Positions 10,966 to 19,860 of a stretch of 64,000 bases of DNA are shown piece by piece. A model generated the notes under the pieces. That model had not been told where the DNA came from. It made no database searches and saw only the letters and a list, made by a program, of their open reading frames with translations. Every line of letters starts with the position of its first letter. Position 1 is the first letter of the stretch. Source of the DNA: Gammaproteobacteria bacterium (GTDB lineage Bacteria > Pseudomonadota > Gammaproteobacteria > Eutrophobiales > Eutrophobiaceae); contig CBDCTH010000012.1 of the NCBI GenBank assembly GCA_965222155.1, positions 2,144,001-2,208,000 of the forward strand, read 5' to 3'. Both the position numbers and the translations under genes were made by a program.

Positions 10966-11538
10966 TTAAACCGAATTTTTCAGAAAGTGCTCCTGGACCC
11001 ATAACGGGATGTGATCTGATAACTGCCTGAATTCAAAATTTTTGATGCATCCGATAACCACGAATTCAGAGGTGCTGTCTACAAACGTTGTCCTGTCAGC
11101 GATGATGCTTAGTTCCGATGCAACTTCAAGCGCATCCAGATATAACGTTCTGATTGTATCAGCAGATGCGCCATGCCCTCCTTCCGACTTTCTCAGACTG
11201 ACCCGGGTCACACAGATAGCAGTGTTTTCCGGGCAGACTACCCACAAACGGATTTGATAGTCCAGCATTCTCGCCGGTATTACTATTTCATCTGCTATCG
11301 TCGAATCTGCTACGTGGTCCAAAACAAGGGGAGAGGCGCCTTTATTCAGATTATCAAGGAATCTGCCGGATAACCGACGCCAGGCATTCGCCCGGACCGA
11401 CGGGTCATCCGGGTCGCCGACGCTCCGGGCCAAATCATCCAGGTTATAAATGACGTGGGACCAGTCCTCCTGCCTCCTGCAAAAAGCGGATTTCCCCGAC
11501 CCGGAAGGGCCGGTGACGATATTAACAACGCGGTTCAA
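10966..11538 (-). CDS. Zeta-toxin-like/AAA_33 P-loop protein
   Basis: GPSGSGKS Walker A, NLDD, RV..R...GGHG motif. Confidence 0.8.
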   Translation of the reverse strand: MNRVVNIVTGPSGSGKSAFCRRQEDWSHVIYNLDDLARSVGDPDDPSVRANAWRRLSGRFLDNLNKGASPLVLDHVADSTIADEIVIPARMLDYQIRLWVVCPENTAICVTRVSLRKSEGGHGASADTIRTLYLDALEVASELSIIADRTTFVDSTSEFVVIGCIKNFEFRQLSDHIPLWVQEHFLKNSV

Positions 11539-11571
11539 TTAACCCCGTTCAGCGCGGCTGTCAATCAATGC

Positions 11572-11751
11572 TTAGGACCCGGGTTCCCGGCCGGCTTGCG
11601 ACTCTGACAGGATTTCCTCAGAGCCATCCGGGAAAATCTTTACCGTCGTGCCGTCCGGGCGACCGATAACAGCGGGTAATCCGACCCTGAGTCTGTCTGC
11701 GGCCGGGTCAAGCCCTTTTACTCGGGCCAGCATCTCTTCTTCAAAGTCCAT
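11572..11751 (-). CDS. 59 aa small protein, probable partner of the zeta-like ATPase (absent from the ORF track)
   Basis: MDFEEEMLARVKGLDPAADRLRVGLPAVIGRPDGTTVKIFPDGSEEIL...; directly upstream of and co-oriented with the ATPase. Confidence 0.6.
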   Translation of the reverse strand: MDFEEEMLARVKGLDPAADRLRVGLPAVIGRPDGTTVKIFPDGSEEILSESQAGREPGS

Positions 11752-11959
11752 CTTTTCAACCTGCGGTTTTGGAATGTCGCATTATAGATTTCCCCCCGGT
11801 TCCAGTCAATGCGAAATGTTAGGAATGTTTTTTCCTAACCGGTTGGCCCAGGGTCAATACAGACCCGGCCAGCTGCTGCCGGTGCCAGCCAGGAGCAGAC
11901 CGCAAACCGGGTTAGCTGGAAACCTCGCACAGACAACGGTTACACCAGCTGAAACGGTA

Positions 11960-12160
11960 AGGTCGGTGTACATCGCCGGGCGCCCCAGACGGTCGTAGGT
12001 CATCACTTGAGCATACCCGCTCTCCCGTATCCCCTACCCGCTGTAACTGCCCCAACCCATTAGCCGCCCCGTCACAGCGCCAACTCGCCGCCCCCGTCAG
12101 CGCCCCACCCGCCGTGTAGTCCCGGCGCGTCAGCCGCCGCCCCAACGCGCTATCACGCTC
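11960..12160 (-). pseudogene. RHS/YD-repeat remnant, frameshifted
   Basis: ALGRRLTRRDY...W.CDGAANGLGQL then, after a frameshift, SGYAQVMTYDRLGRP; locally high GC. Confidence 0.6.
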
Positions 12161-12181
12161 CCCACAACAGTTTCGGAACTG

Positions 12182-12343
12182 CTATGTACCAACATAGACC
12201 AGGTGCGATACGTAGTAATCATTTTGGCTAATCGGCGTAATGTGCTTAGATCCTTGATTTCGGGATCCTGTCAGTAAGACAGAAGGAAAGCTACGTGCAG
12301 CTTTACGGATCTGAGTTGCTAATATTCGAGGTATATAAAACAT
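12182..12343 (-). pseudogene. AAA_14/DUF4143 ATPase N-terminal remnant
   Basis: MFYIPRILATQIRKAARSFPSVLLTGSRNQG.K, a decayed LTGPRQxGKT Walker A. Confidence 0.6.
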
Positions 12344-12344
12344 T

Positions 12345-12377
12345 TGAGAATTTTAAACTAGAACTTTAAAATTCTCA
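12345..12377. promoter_or_regulatory. Perfect 13 bp inverted repeat, operator-like
   Basis: TGAGAATTTTAAA-N7-TTTAAAATTCTCA abutting the ATG at 12343. Confidence 0.5.
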
Positions 12378-12554
12378 TAAAATATTATCTCTTCCTGAGC
12401 AGGATTTGTGATGACTCATTCGGTTTTTTCATGCAGTGGTCCCCACTAAATCCATGAGTTCCCTGTTTCCTTATATCTTTTTCGACTATTAACGCCATTT
12501 CTTATGAAAAAAGTATGCTCTTGCCTAGAGATGACCCCGGAGTACTTGCGAAAC

Positions 12555-12709
12555 CAGCAGTTCCCGCTAACGCCCGGGATCGAGGGCATCCTGCCCTCGT
12601 GGAGGGCGAGACGCCCTCCCTCCCAGGGAAACAGGCCCCGTGACTCCTGGGGGACAGATTTAAATCTGTCCCCTGTGTCTTGTTGACATCGAGTTAGCGG
12701 GAGCACCTG
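12555..12709 (+). mobile_element. MITE copy 2
   Basis: Same termini (CAGCAGTTCCCGCTAAC / GAGTTAGCGGGAGCACCTG) and inner palindromes as copy 1; TSD degenerate (6/9). Confidence 0.8.
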
Positions 12710-12782
12710 GCGCAAAACATACGATATTGGCAGTCATTTCCTGTTACGCTATTATTAGCAAAATAAACGATACAGGAGCGCA

Positions 12783-13106
12783 ATGGCTGATAAATCTCAC
12801 GAACGTTATAACGATGACCTGGCGTTACTGGAGGCCAAGCCCAAGTTAAAACGTCCGCCCCTCTACAAGGTCATTTTGGTTAATGATGATTACACGCCCA
12901 TGGAATTTGTGGTACACATCCTGGAAATATTTTTTTGCCTGGACCGGGAAACCGCGACTCGGATCATGCTGGAAGTACATACGCGCGGCATGGGAGTGTG
13001 CGGAATCTTCACCCATGATATTGCCCAGACCAAGGTCGTCCAGGTGAATCATTACTCAAAGGAACACGAACATCCATTAAAATGTACAATGGAGCAAGCC
13101 CACTGA
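12783..13106 (+). CDS. clpS: ATP-dependent Clp protease adaptor
   Basis: [34 protein letters not shown]. Confidence 0.97.
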   Translation: MADKSHERYNDDLALLEAKPKLKRPPLYKVILVNDDYTPMEFVVHILEIFFCLDRETATRIMLEVHTRGMGVCGIFTHDIAQTKVVQVNHYSKEHEHPLKCTMEQAH

Positions 13107-13121
13107 TATCAGGACACCGTT

Positions 13122-15401
13122 ATGCTCGATAAAGACCTGGAACAGACACTGAATGACGCGTTCCGCAATGCACGCGACAAACGCTACGAATTCGTGACGG
13201 TTGAGCATTTATTACTGGCATTGCTGGACAACCCGGCCGCGCTCAAGGTGTTGCGGGCCTGCGGCGCCGATATGGAGAAATTGCATAACGAACTTACCCG
13301 CTTTATTGAGGATAATTCCCCACGTCTCAGTGACAATGACGAGCGTGAGACTCAACCTACCCTGGGCTTTCAACGGGTGTTCCAGCGGGCCGTACAGCAT
13401 GTACAGTCATCCGGTAGTAAAGAAGTCAGCGGCGCCAATATTCTGGTCGCCATTTTTGGCGAACGTGAATCCCATGCCGCTTTTTTCCTGCACCAGCAAA
13501 ACATCGCCAGGCTTGATATGGTGAATTACATCGCTCACGGCATCACAAAAAACCCGGAGGACGAAACCGGGGATTCAACCACTTCCGGCGACTACGACGA
13601 ATCACGCCAGGATGAAGGCGGCAATAATCCGCTGGAAAATTACACGACCAACCTGAATCAACAGGCGGAACTCGGCAAGATTGATCCGCTTATCGGTCGC
13701 GAACACGAGGTGCAAAGGACTATTCAGATCCTATGTCGGCGCCGCAAGAACAATCCGCTCTTCGTCGGCGAAGCCGGCGTCGGCAAAACCGCCATCACCG
13801 AAGGCATTGCCAAACAGATTGTCGATAAACAAGTGCCGGAAGTGTTGCTGGACTGCACAATTTTTTCCCTGGATATGGGCGCCCTGCTGGCCGGGACCAA
13901 GTATCGCGGCGATTTTGAAAAACGGCTCAAGGGCGTCATTGCCGAACTTATGCGTCACAAAGGCGCGATTCTGTTCATTGATGAGATACATACCATTATC
14001 GGCGCCGGCGCCGCCTCGGGCGGAGTCATGGATGCCTCCAATATTATCAAACCGGTGCTGGCGTCCGGTGAGATCAAATGTATCGGCTCCACTACCTACC
14101 AGGAATTCCGCGGTATTTTCGAGAAAGACCGGGCCCTGGCGCGGCGCTTCCAGAAAATCGACGTGACCGAGCCTTCCATCGAAGAAACCGTCAAAATATT
14201 ACAGGGATTGAAATCCCGTTTTGAAGATCATCACCAGGTGCGTTACACCAACCAGTCATTACGGACCGCGGCGGAACTCGCGGAACGCTATATTACCGAC
14301 CGCTACCTGCCTGATAAAGCCATCGACATCATAGATGAAGCCGGCGCATCACAGCAGTTGCTGCCACCTTCAAGGCGCAAAAAAACCATCGGGGTACAGG
14401 ACATTGAAAGCATTGTCGCCAAGGTCGCCCGTATCCCGCCGAAAACAGTGACTACGTCACACCGGGATATCATGAAGAACCTTGATCGCAACCTGAAAAT
14501 GGTCGTCTTCGGTCAGGACAAGGCTATCGAAAGCCTTGCCACGGCCATCAAGATGGCGCGCTCGGGGCTGGGTGACCCGGGACAGCCCATAGGCTCGTTC
14601 CTGCTGGCCGGACCCACCGGAGTCGGGAAAACGGAGATCAGTAAACAACTGGCCAATGCCATGGGTATCCAGTTGATCCGCTTTGATATGTCCGAATACA
14701 TGGAACGTCATACGGTGTCCCGCTTGATCGGCGCGCCGCCGGGATACGTGGGTTTCGACCAGGGTGGTCTCCTGACGGATGAGATCAACAAGCATCCCCA
14801 CTGCGTGCTGCTCCTGGACGAAATGGAAAAGGCGCATCCCGATGTCTTTAACCTGATGCTGCAGGTCATGGACCACGGTACCCTTACGGACACCAATGGC
14901 CGTCACGTTGATTTCCGCAATGTGATCCTCATCATGACCACCAACGCCGGGGCGGACCGTATCAGCCGGGCTTCAGTCGGTTTTACCCAGCAGGACCACA
15001 GTTCGGACGCCCTGGAAGTCGTCAACAAGACCTTCAGCCCGGAATTCCGTAACCGCCTGAACGCCATAATTGAATTCAATGCGCTGGACCACAAGACCAT
15101 ACTCAACGTAGTGGATAAATTCCTGGTTGAATTGCAGGCGCAACTCGACGATAAGAAAGTCGTCATCGACGTGGATGAATCCGCCCGCCTGTGGTTGGGC
15201 CGACACGGCTATGACAAGATCATGGGCGCCAGGCCCATGGCGCGCCTGATCCAGGATAAGATAAAGAAACAGCTGGCGGAAGAACTCCTGTTCGGTAAAC
15301 TGCTGCACGGCGGTCACGTCATCGTCTTAGCAGAAGACGACGAACTCACCATCGAGATAGAGGAAAAAGAAACGGCCGGAATGGCTATATCCGCAGATTA
15401 G
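13122..15401 (+). CDS. clpA: ATP-dependent Clp protease ATP-binding subunit
   Basis: Two AAA modules (GEAGVGKT, GPTGVGKT), RFDMSEYME; directly downstream of clpS. Confidence 0.97.
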   Translation: MLDKDLEQTLNDAFRNARDKRYEFVTVEHLLLALLDNPAALKVLRACGADMEKLHNELTRFIEDNSPRLSDNDERETQPTLGFQRVFQRAVQHVQSSGSKEVSGANILVAIFGERESHAAFFLHQQNIARLDMVNYIAHGITKNPEDETGDSTTSGDYDESRQDEGGNNPLENYTTNLNQQAELGKIDPLIGREHEVQRTIQILCRRRKNNPLFVGEAGVGKTAITEGIAKQIVDKQVPEVLLDCTIFSLDMGALLAGTKYRGDFEKRLKGVIAELMRHKGAILFIDEIHTIIGAGAASGGVMDASNIIKPVLASGEIKCIGSTTYQEFRGIFEKDRALARRFQKIDVTEPSIEETVKILQGLKSRFEDHHQVRYTNQSLRTAAELAERYITDRYLPDKAIDIIDEAGASQQLLPPSRRKKTIGVQDIESIVAKVARIPPKTVTTSHRDIMKNLDRNLKMVVFGQDKAIESLATAIKMARSGLGDPGQPIGSFLLAGPTGVGKTEISKQLANAMGIQLIRFDMSEYMERHTVSRLIGAPPGYVGFDQGGLLTDEINKHPHCVLLLDEMEKAHPDVFNLMLQVMDHGTLTDTNGRHVDFRNVILIMTTNAGADRISRASVGFTQQDHSSDALEVVNKTFSPEFRNRLNAIIEFNALDHKTILNVVDKFLVELQAQLDDKKVVIDVDESARLWLGRHGYDKIMGARPMARLIQDKIKKQLAEELLFGKLLHGGHVIVLAEDDELTIEIEEKETAGMAISAD

Positions 15402-15416
15402 CGCAGATAAACAAAA

Positions 15417-15455
15417 ACAGGTTTGGACAGGCTTTTTAAGACTGTCCAAACCTGT
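15417..15455. terminator. Hairpin between convergent clpA and rmuC
   Basis: ACAGGTTTGGACAG...CTGTCCAAACCTGT 14 bp inverted repeat. Confidence 0.6.
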
Positions 15456-15457
15456 CG

Positions 15458-16771
15458 TTACTCTATATCTTCTGTGCTCTCTGTGTCCTCTGTAGCTAAT
15501 AATTCGTCTGAAAGTTCCAGCATTTTGACCGATTCTTCTCCCGGCAATGCCTCGACTTCACGGAGTTTTCTCGCCATGGCGCGGGTGCGGACTCCCGTCT
15601 CATCGATGGTATTGGAAGCCGTGTCCAGTTGTCTTTTAACCCTGGACAACACGTCACCGAACTTGCCGAACTCGGTCTTGACGGCCGCGAGTATCTGCCA
15701 CACCTCGCTGGAGCGTTGTTCTATGGCCAGGGTACGAAAACCCATTCGCAAACTACTCAAGGTGGCGGACAAGGTTGTCGGCCCGGTAACAACCACCCTG
15801 TGCGCGTGCTGAAGTTTTTCGACCAGGCCGGGTTGTCTGAGCACTTCCGCGTACAGGCCTTCCGTGGGCAGGAACATGATGGCAAAGTCGGTGGTTGCCG
15901 GGGGCGCAATGTATTTTTCCGATATGGTCTTTGCCGAGTTCTCAATCGCTCGGGTCAATGCCTTCAGCGATTGATCGACGGCATCCGCATCTGCGATATC
16001 CGTGGCGCTGACCAGACGTTGATAATCTTCCTGGGGGAATTTCGAATCTATCGGCAACCACATGTTTTCCTCGGCGCCGGCGCCGGGCAGGCGAACGGCA
16101 AACTCGACAACTTCAGCGGATGAAGGGCGCACCCTGACGTTCCTGTCATACTGATCGGGAGTCAACATCTGCTCCAGGATGGCGCCGAGTTGCACCTCCC
16201 CCCAGGTTCCCCGCGCCTTGACATTGGTCAGTACCCGCTTCAGATCACCCACGCCGGTCGCCAGGTTCTGCATTTCACCCAGTCCGCGTTGTACCGCCTC
16301 CAGGCGCTCGCTGACGATTTTGAAGGATTCACCCAGACGCTTCTCCAGCGTGCTCTGCAATTTTTCATCCACCGTCTGGCGCATTTGCTCAAGCTTCCTG
16401 TCATTACCATCCTGCAAGGTCTTCATTTTCGTATCCAGTGTGTCCCGCAGTTGACCTATTCTTATTTCATTTTTATCGCTCAACTCCTTAATCCTTCGCT
16501 CGACCGCATCAAGGCGTGTCTGCTGGGACTTGCTCATCTCACCGATTACTTTAATAACGCTGTCATTGGCGTCTTTTTGCATTCTGGCTACTTCTTCGCG
16601 CAGGCTGCGGGCGCTGCCGGTGGCTTCCTGGCGGCTCGTGCGAAACTCCTCGCGCAGAATTTCCTCCGTTTCCCCCTTACGGTTCACAGGCAATTTGCCG
16701 AGTATAACGACCAGCAATACTACGATCAGGGCTGATACACACAGCAGTAGCCATAGCGGAAGCGTAATCAT
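15458..16771 (-). CDS. rmuC: DNA recombination protein RmuC
   Basis: N-terminal TM, coiled coil, RGTWGEVQL, LPIDSKFP, DFAIMFLPTEGLYAE. Confidence 0.95.
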   Translation of the reverse strand: MITLPLWLLLCVSALIVVLLVVILGKLPVNRKGETEEILREEFRTSRQEATGSARSLREEVARMQKDANDSVIKVIGEMSKSQQTRLDAVERRIKELSDKNEIRIGQLRDTLDTKMKTLQDGNDRKLEQMRQTVDEKLQSTLEKRLGESFKIVSERLEAVQRGLGEMQNLATGVGDLKRVLTNVKARGTWGEVQLGAILEQMLTPDQYDRNVRVRPSSAEVVEFAVRLPGAGAEENMWLPIDSKFPQEDYQRLVSATDIADADAVDQSLKALTRAIENSAKTISEKYIAPPATTDFAIMFLPTEGLYAEVLRQPGLVEKLQHAHRVVVTGPTTLSATLSSLRMGFRTLAIEQRSSEVWQILAAVKTEFGKFGDVLSRVKRQLDTASNTIDETGVRTRAMARKLREVEALPGEESVKMLELSDELLATEDTESTEDIE

Positions 16772-16959
16772 GTCATTCTGTCACTCACTGCTGGTCACCT
16801 GGAAATATTGGTAAATCGAGTTACTACCATTCAATTGTACTATCACATACCGGGTTATACTATAAGCCGACAATATCACTGTCGTCCTGAATTCTTCACA
16901 TTTTTTTCACCAAACTCACGACAAGCTGTCATATTTTTTCAGGAACATGTCATTCCGAA

Positions 16960-18051
16960 ATGACGGCAGCTACCAGTAGATTAGGGCGGATACGCCCGAT
17001 ACACTATCGGAGCATATTCATTTCGAGTGTGCATCTTGGTTTTTCCGGATGCAGCGCCGAGTACCTGCTGGATTTCCTCCGTTCCACTACCTGCGATTAC
17101 CTCTACCTGGTCGGCGATATCATCGATATCTGGCAGATGAAGAAAAAAATTCACTGGCCGCAGTCGCATAATGACGTCATAAGGACAATCCTCGGCAAGG
17201 CAAAACACGGGACCAGGATCATTTACGTGCCCGGAAATCATGACGAACTGCTGCGGGATTATAACAATATCATTTTGGGCAACCTGGAAATCCGTAACGA
17301 ATACGTACACGTAACCAAAAATGGACAACGTTTTCTGGTACTGCACGGCGATCAGTTCGACGGTTTCATCAAACATTCCAGGATACTGTCTTTGATAGGC
17401 AGTTCACTCTATGAAATGCTGCTTGGCTTGAATCAACTGGTTAATTTCTTCAGAAGGAAATTGGGATTTTCCTATTGGTCACTCGCCAATGTGTTAAAGC
17501 AAAAAGTCAAACATGCAGTCAAATATATCAGTAATTTTGAGACTGCTGTTGCTTATGCAGCCAAACAACACAACGTTGTCACCCTCTCCCGCGGCGTCAA
17601 TACCGAATTATTCAAACCGGGATCAAAGACTTTCATATCATGTCCGCGCCCGGTTTTTTTATACATGGGCCGTGTCTCGGTAGAAAAAAACATTGAGGCT
17701 TTCCTGCGCCTGGACCTGGCCGGCAGCAAGGTTGTCGTCGGTGACGGTCCAGACCTGGAAAAACTGAAACAACAATACCCTGAAGCTTTTTTTACCGGTT
17801 TCAAATTCGGCGTCGAGTTAAGTCAATGCGTTGCCGCTGCTGACGTCTTCGTATTTCCCAGCCTGACAGACACATTCGGTATCGTATTGCTGGAGGCAAT
17901 GGCCTGTGGGGTGCCGGTGGCCGCCTATCCGGTAACAGGCCCGATTGACGTGGTAAGGAATGGCTTGACCAGCGTGTTGGATCACGATTTAACGAACGAT
18001 TCATCACATTTGTCCACTACATACCGTATAAGAGATTCATCCAAGTGGTAA
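16960..18051 (+). pseudogene. Chimeric ORF: N-terminal PlcP/LpxH-like metallophosphoesterase fused to the C-terminal half of a GT4 glycosyltransferase
   Basis: FISSVHLG, YLVGDIID, PGNHD, HGD, then an abrupt switch at about 17575 to SRGVNTELF...MGRVSVEKN...FPSLTDTFGIVLLEAMACGVPV; the GHIH motif and GT N-domain are missing. Confidence 0.8.
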
Positions 18052-18491
18052 CCATGTTCCAGTAACCGGTTTAACAAGGGAGTGGCTGCTGGAACCAGGT
18101 TCTCCTGTTTCGCCCTGATTAATACATACAGGCTACCTACAAAGTCGATGTTTTCACGGCCGGCGACCTTGCGGGCCGCCCCTTCGTCAATCAATGCTAT
18201 TGCGTTCTTCTCTTTTGCCAAAGTAATTGTCTCAGCCTCACCAGGATCCAGTACTTGAGCCAGAAGTTCACAATAATTTCGATTGGTGACGGATTGTTCT
18301 ACCAATAATTGGTTTGCCAGCGCCTTACTGATTTCTGCCACCATAGGTTTTGATAAATCATTGAGACATTCCCTGACGACGGCGGATGGAACCAGGATGG
18401 TCTTGAAGATGATGCGTAAAACGGGCAACAAGCCCATTGTCGCCAGGGCAATTAACGGGCTTGTATCAGCAACGACTAGCGCCGGTTTCAA
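17982..18491 (-). CDS. DUF3368-type PIN domain protein (toxin)
   Basis: VVADTSPLIAL, LDPGEAETI.LA, LIDE..ARK.A, GSL.VL..AK. Confidence 0.88.
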   Translation of the reverse strand: MKPALVVADTSPLIALATMGLLPVLRIIFKTILVPSAVVRECLNDLSKPMVAEISKALANQLLVEQSVTNRNYCELLAQVLDPGEAETITLAKEKNAIALIDEGAARKVAGRENIDFVGSLYVLIRAKQENLVPAATPLLNRLLEHGYHLDESLIRYVVDKCDESFVKS

Positions 18492-18808
18492 AACTTATCC
18501 AGTTCCTTCTGAATCTCATCAGTATCGTAACCGAACACAGAAATGCGGGCCGCGCCCAATACCGCAATAAACTTATCCATCGGCATCCCGGCCAGGGTGG
18601 CGGCCTTATTGAGCGTTAATACGCCTTCCTGATATAGTTTTACGGCAAGCGCCTTGTGCGCGCCCAGTTGAACCAAAGTATCGTCAAACGGAATGTTAAC
18701 GGTCAGCGGTGTACCGTTCCGGGTTATGACGCTGATAGCTCCGGCTTCGGCTTGTGCAGTATAAGACCCGATTTTTTTCCGTAAATCTCTTATGCCAAAA
18801 GATAGCAT
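18488..18808 (-). CDS. UPF0175 family antitoxin with Phd-like N-terminus
   Basis: GIRDLR...VITRNG.P...LAVKLYQEG.LTL.KAA.LAG; ATGA overlap with the PIN gene; palindrome ATGTGTACACAT upstream. Confidence 0.8.
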   Translation of the reverse strand: MLSFGIRDLRKKIGSYTAQAEAGAISVITRNGTPLTVNIPFDDTLVQLGAHKALAVKLYQEGVLTLNKAATLAGMPMDKFIAVLGAARISVFGYDTDEIQKELDKF

Positions 18809-18999
18809 GACAAGAAGCCCCAATAAATGTGTACACATATGATAGCACAAATATTTTGAAGCAAGAATAAATCTTACGGACAATCTTACGGACAATTTCC
18901 GCACCGGCGGGAAATGAGAGATCTTCATCAAGTAGCGATTTACTCATCTTTCTTGTAGCATTATGGTAATCTGCGTGCGGTTCATATCATGGAGTAAGT

Positions 19000-19830
19000 A
19001 TGCAAAAAAAGATGCCGGCCCCAGACCCCCGAAATGCCAGCCAATCCACTATGCCTGTTGTCTTCTTCGGACATGGCAGCCCTGCCAATGCCATCGAAGA
19101 TAATGAAGCAACACAAACCTGGCATCGTATCGCCAGCCGGATGGAACGACCCGAAGCCATTTTGTGCATATCAGCGCACTGGTACACACACGGCAGTGCA
19201 GTTACCGCCATGGAGGCGCCGAAAACGATCCATGATTTCGGCAGGTCTCTGCCGGCTTCGTTATTCGAACTGCAATATTCTGCTCCGGGCAAACCCGAAT
19301 TGGCTCAACGGGTGTGTGAGTTGCTGGCGCCGGTACCGGTAACAATGGATCAATCATGGGGGCTGGACCATGGTACCTGGTCAGTATTAATCAAAGCATA
19401 CCCGGAAGCGGAAATCCCGGTGGTCCAACTCAGCCTTGATCTGGATAAGCCGCTGGACTGGCACTACCGGATTGGACAGCGCCTGCGGCCGTTAAGGCGG
19501 GAAGGCATATTGATTTTGGGCAGCGGCAATATCGTGCATAACCTGGCTTTGATGGACTGGTCGAACCCCGCAGCTCCTGCCTATGACTGGGCAGTACGGT
19601 TCAATGACAGGATTAAGGGGCATATCCTGAGTAATGACCCACAGGGTATCTCGGAATATCAACGCTATGGACAGGACGCCACACTTGCGGTACCCTCAGC
19701 GGAACATTTATGCCCCCTGCTGTATACTCTGGGCGCCCGCGAAGATACGGATACGGTCAGTATTGAAACTGATTTTATCGTTCATAAATCACTGAGTATG
19801 ACCAGTGTACTGTTCCATGCAGAAAATTAA
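19000..19830 (+). CDS. ygiD: 4,5-DOPA extradiol dioxygenase (LigB family)
   Basis: FFGHGSP.NA, ISAHW, TIHDF, WGLDHGTW, GSGNIVHNL. Confidence 0.9.
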   Translation: MQKKMPAPDPRNASQSTMPVVFFGHGSPANAIEDNEATQTWHRIASRMERPEAILCISAHWYTHGSAVTAMEAPKTIHDFGRSLPASLFELQYSAPGKPELAQRVCELLAPVPVTMDQSWGLDHGTWSVLIKAYPEAEIPVVQLSLDLDKPLDWHYRIGQRLRPLRREGILILGSGNIVHNLALMDWSNPAAPAYDWAVRFNDRIKGHILSNDPQGISEYQRYGQDATLAVPSAEHLCPLLYTLGAREDTDTVSIETDFIVHKSLSMTSVLFHAEN

Positions 19831-19860
19831 TCTGCAGGCACAATTCCGGCAGTCGTCAAA

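Noticed and set aside
11830-11912. Fourth MITE copy (CTAACCGGTTGG...CAAACCGGGTTAG with GGTCAATACAG)
   Set aside because: Similarity is limited to short words; TIRs and TSD cannot be established
7024-12709. MITE copies 1 and 2 forming a composite transposon around the scrap island
   Set aside because: Copy 1 has its own 9 bp TSD and the outer flanks do not match each other, indicating independent insertions
12446-12715. Short ORFs over the MITE copies (also 6956-7231 and 37019-37267)
   Set aside because: They are translations of repeat DNA with no protein motifs
13201-16814. Numerous antisense and alternate-frame ORFs within clpA, rmuC and other long genes
   Set aside because: Shadow ORFs expected in GC-rich coding DNA
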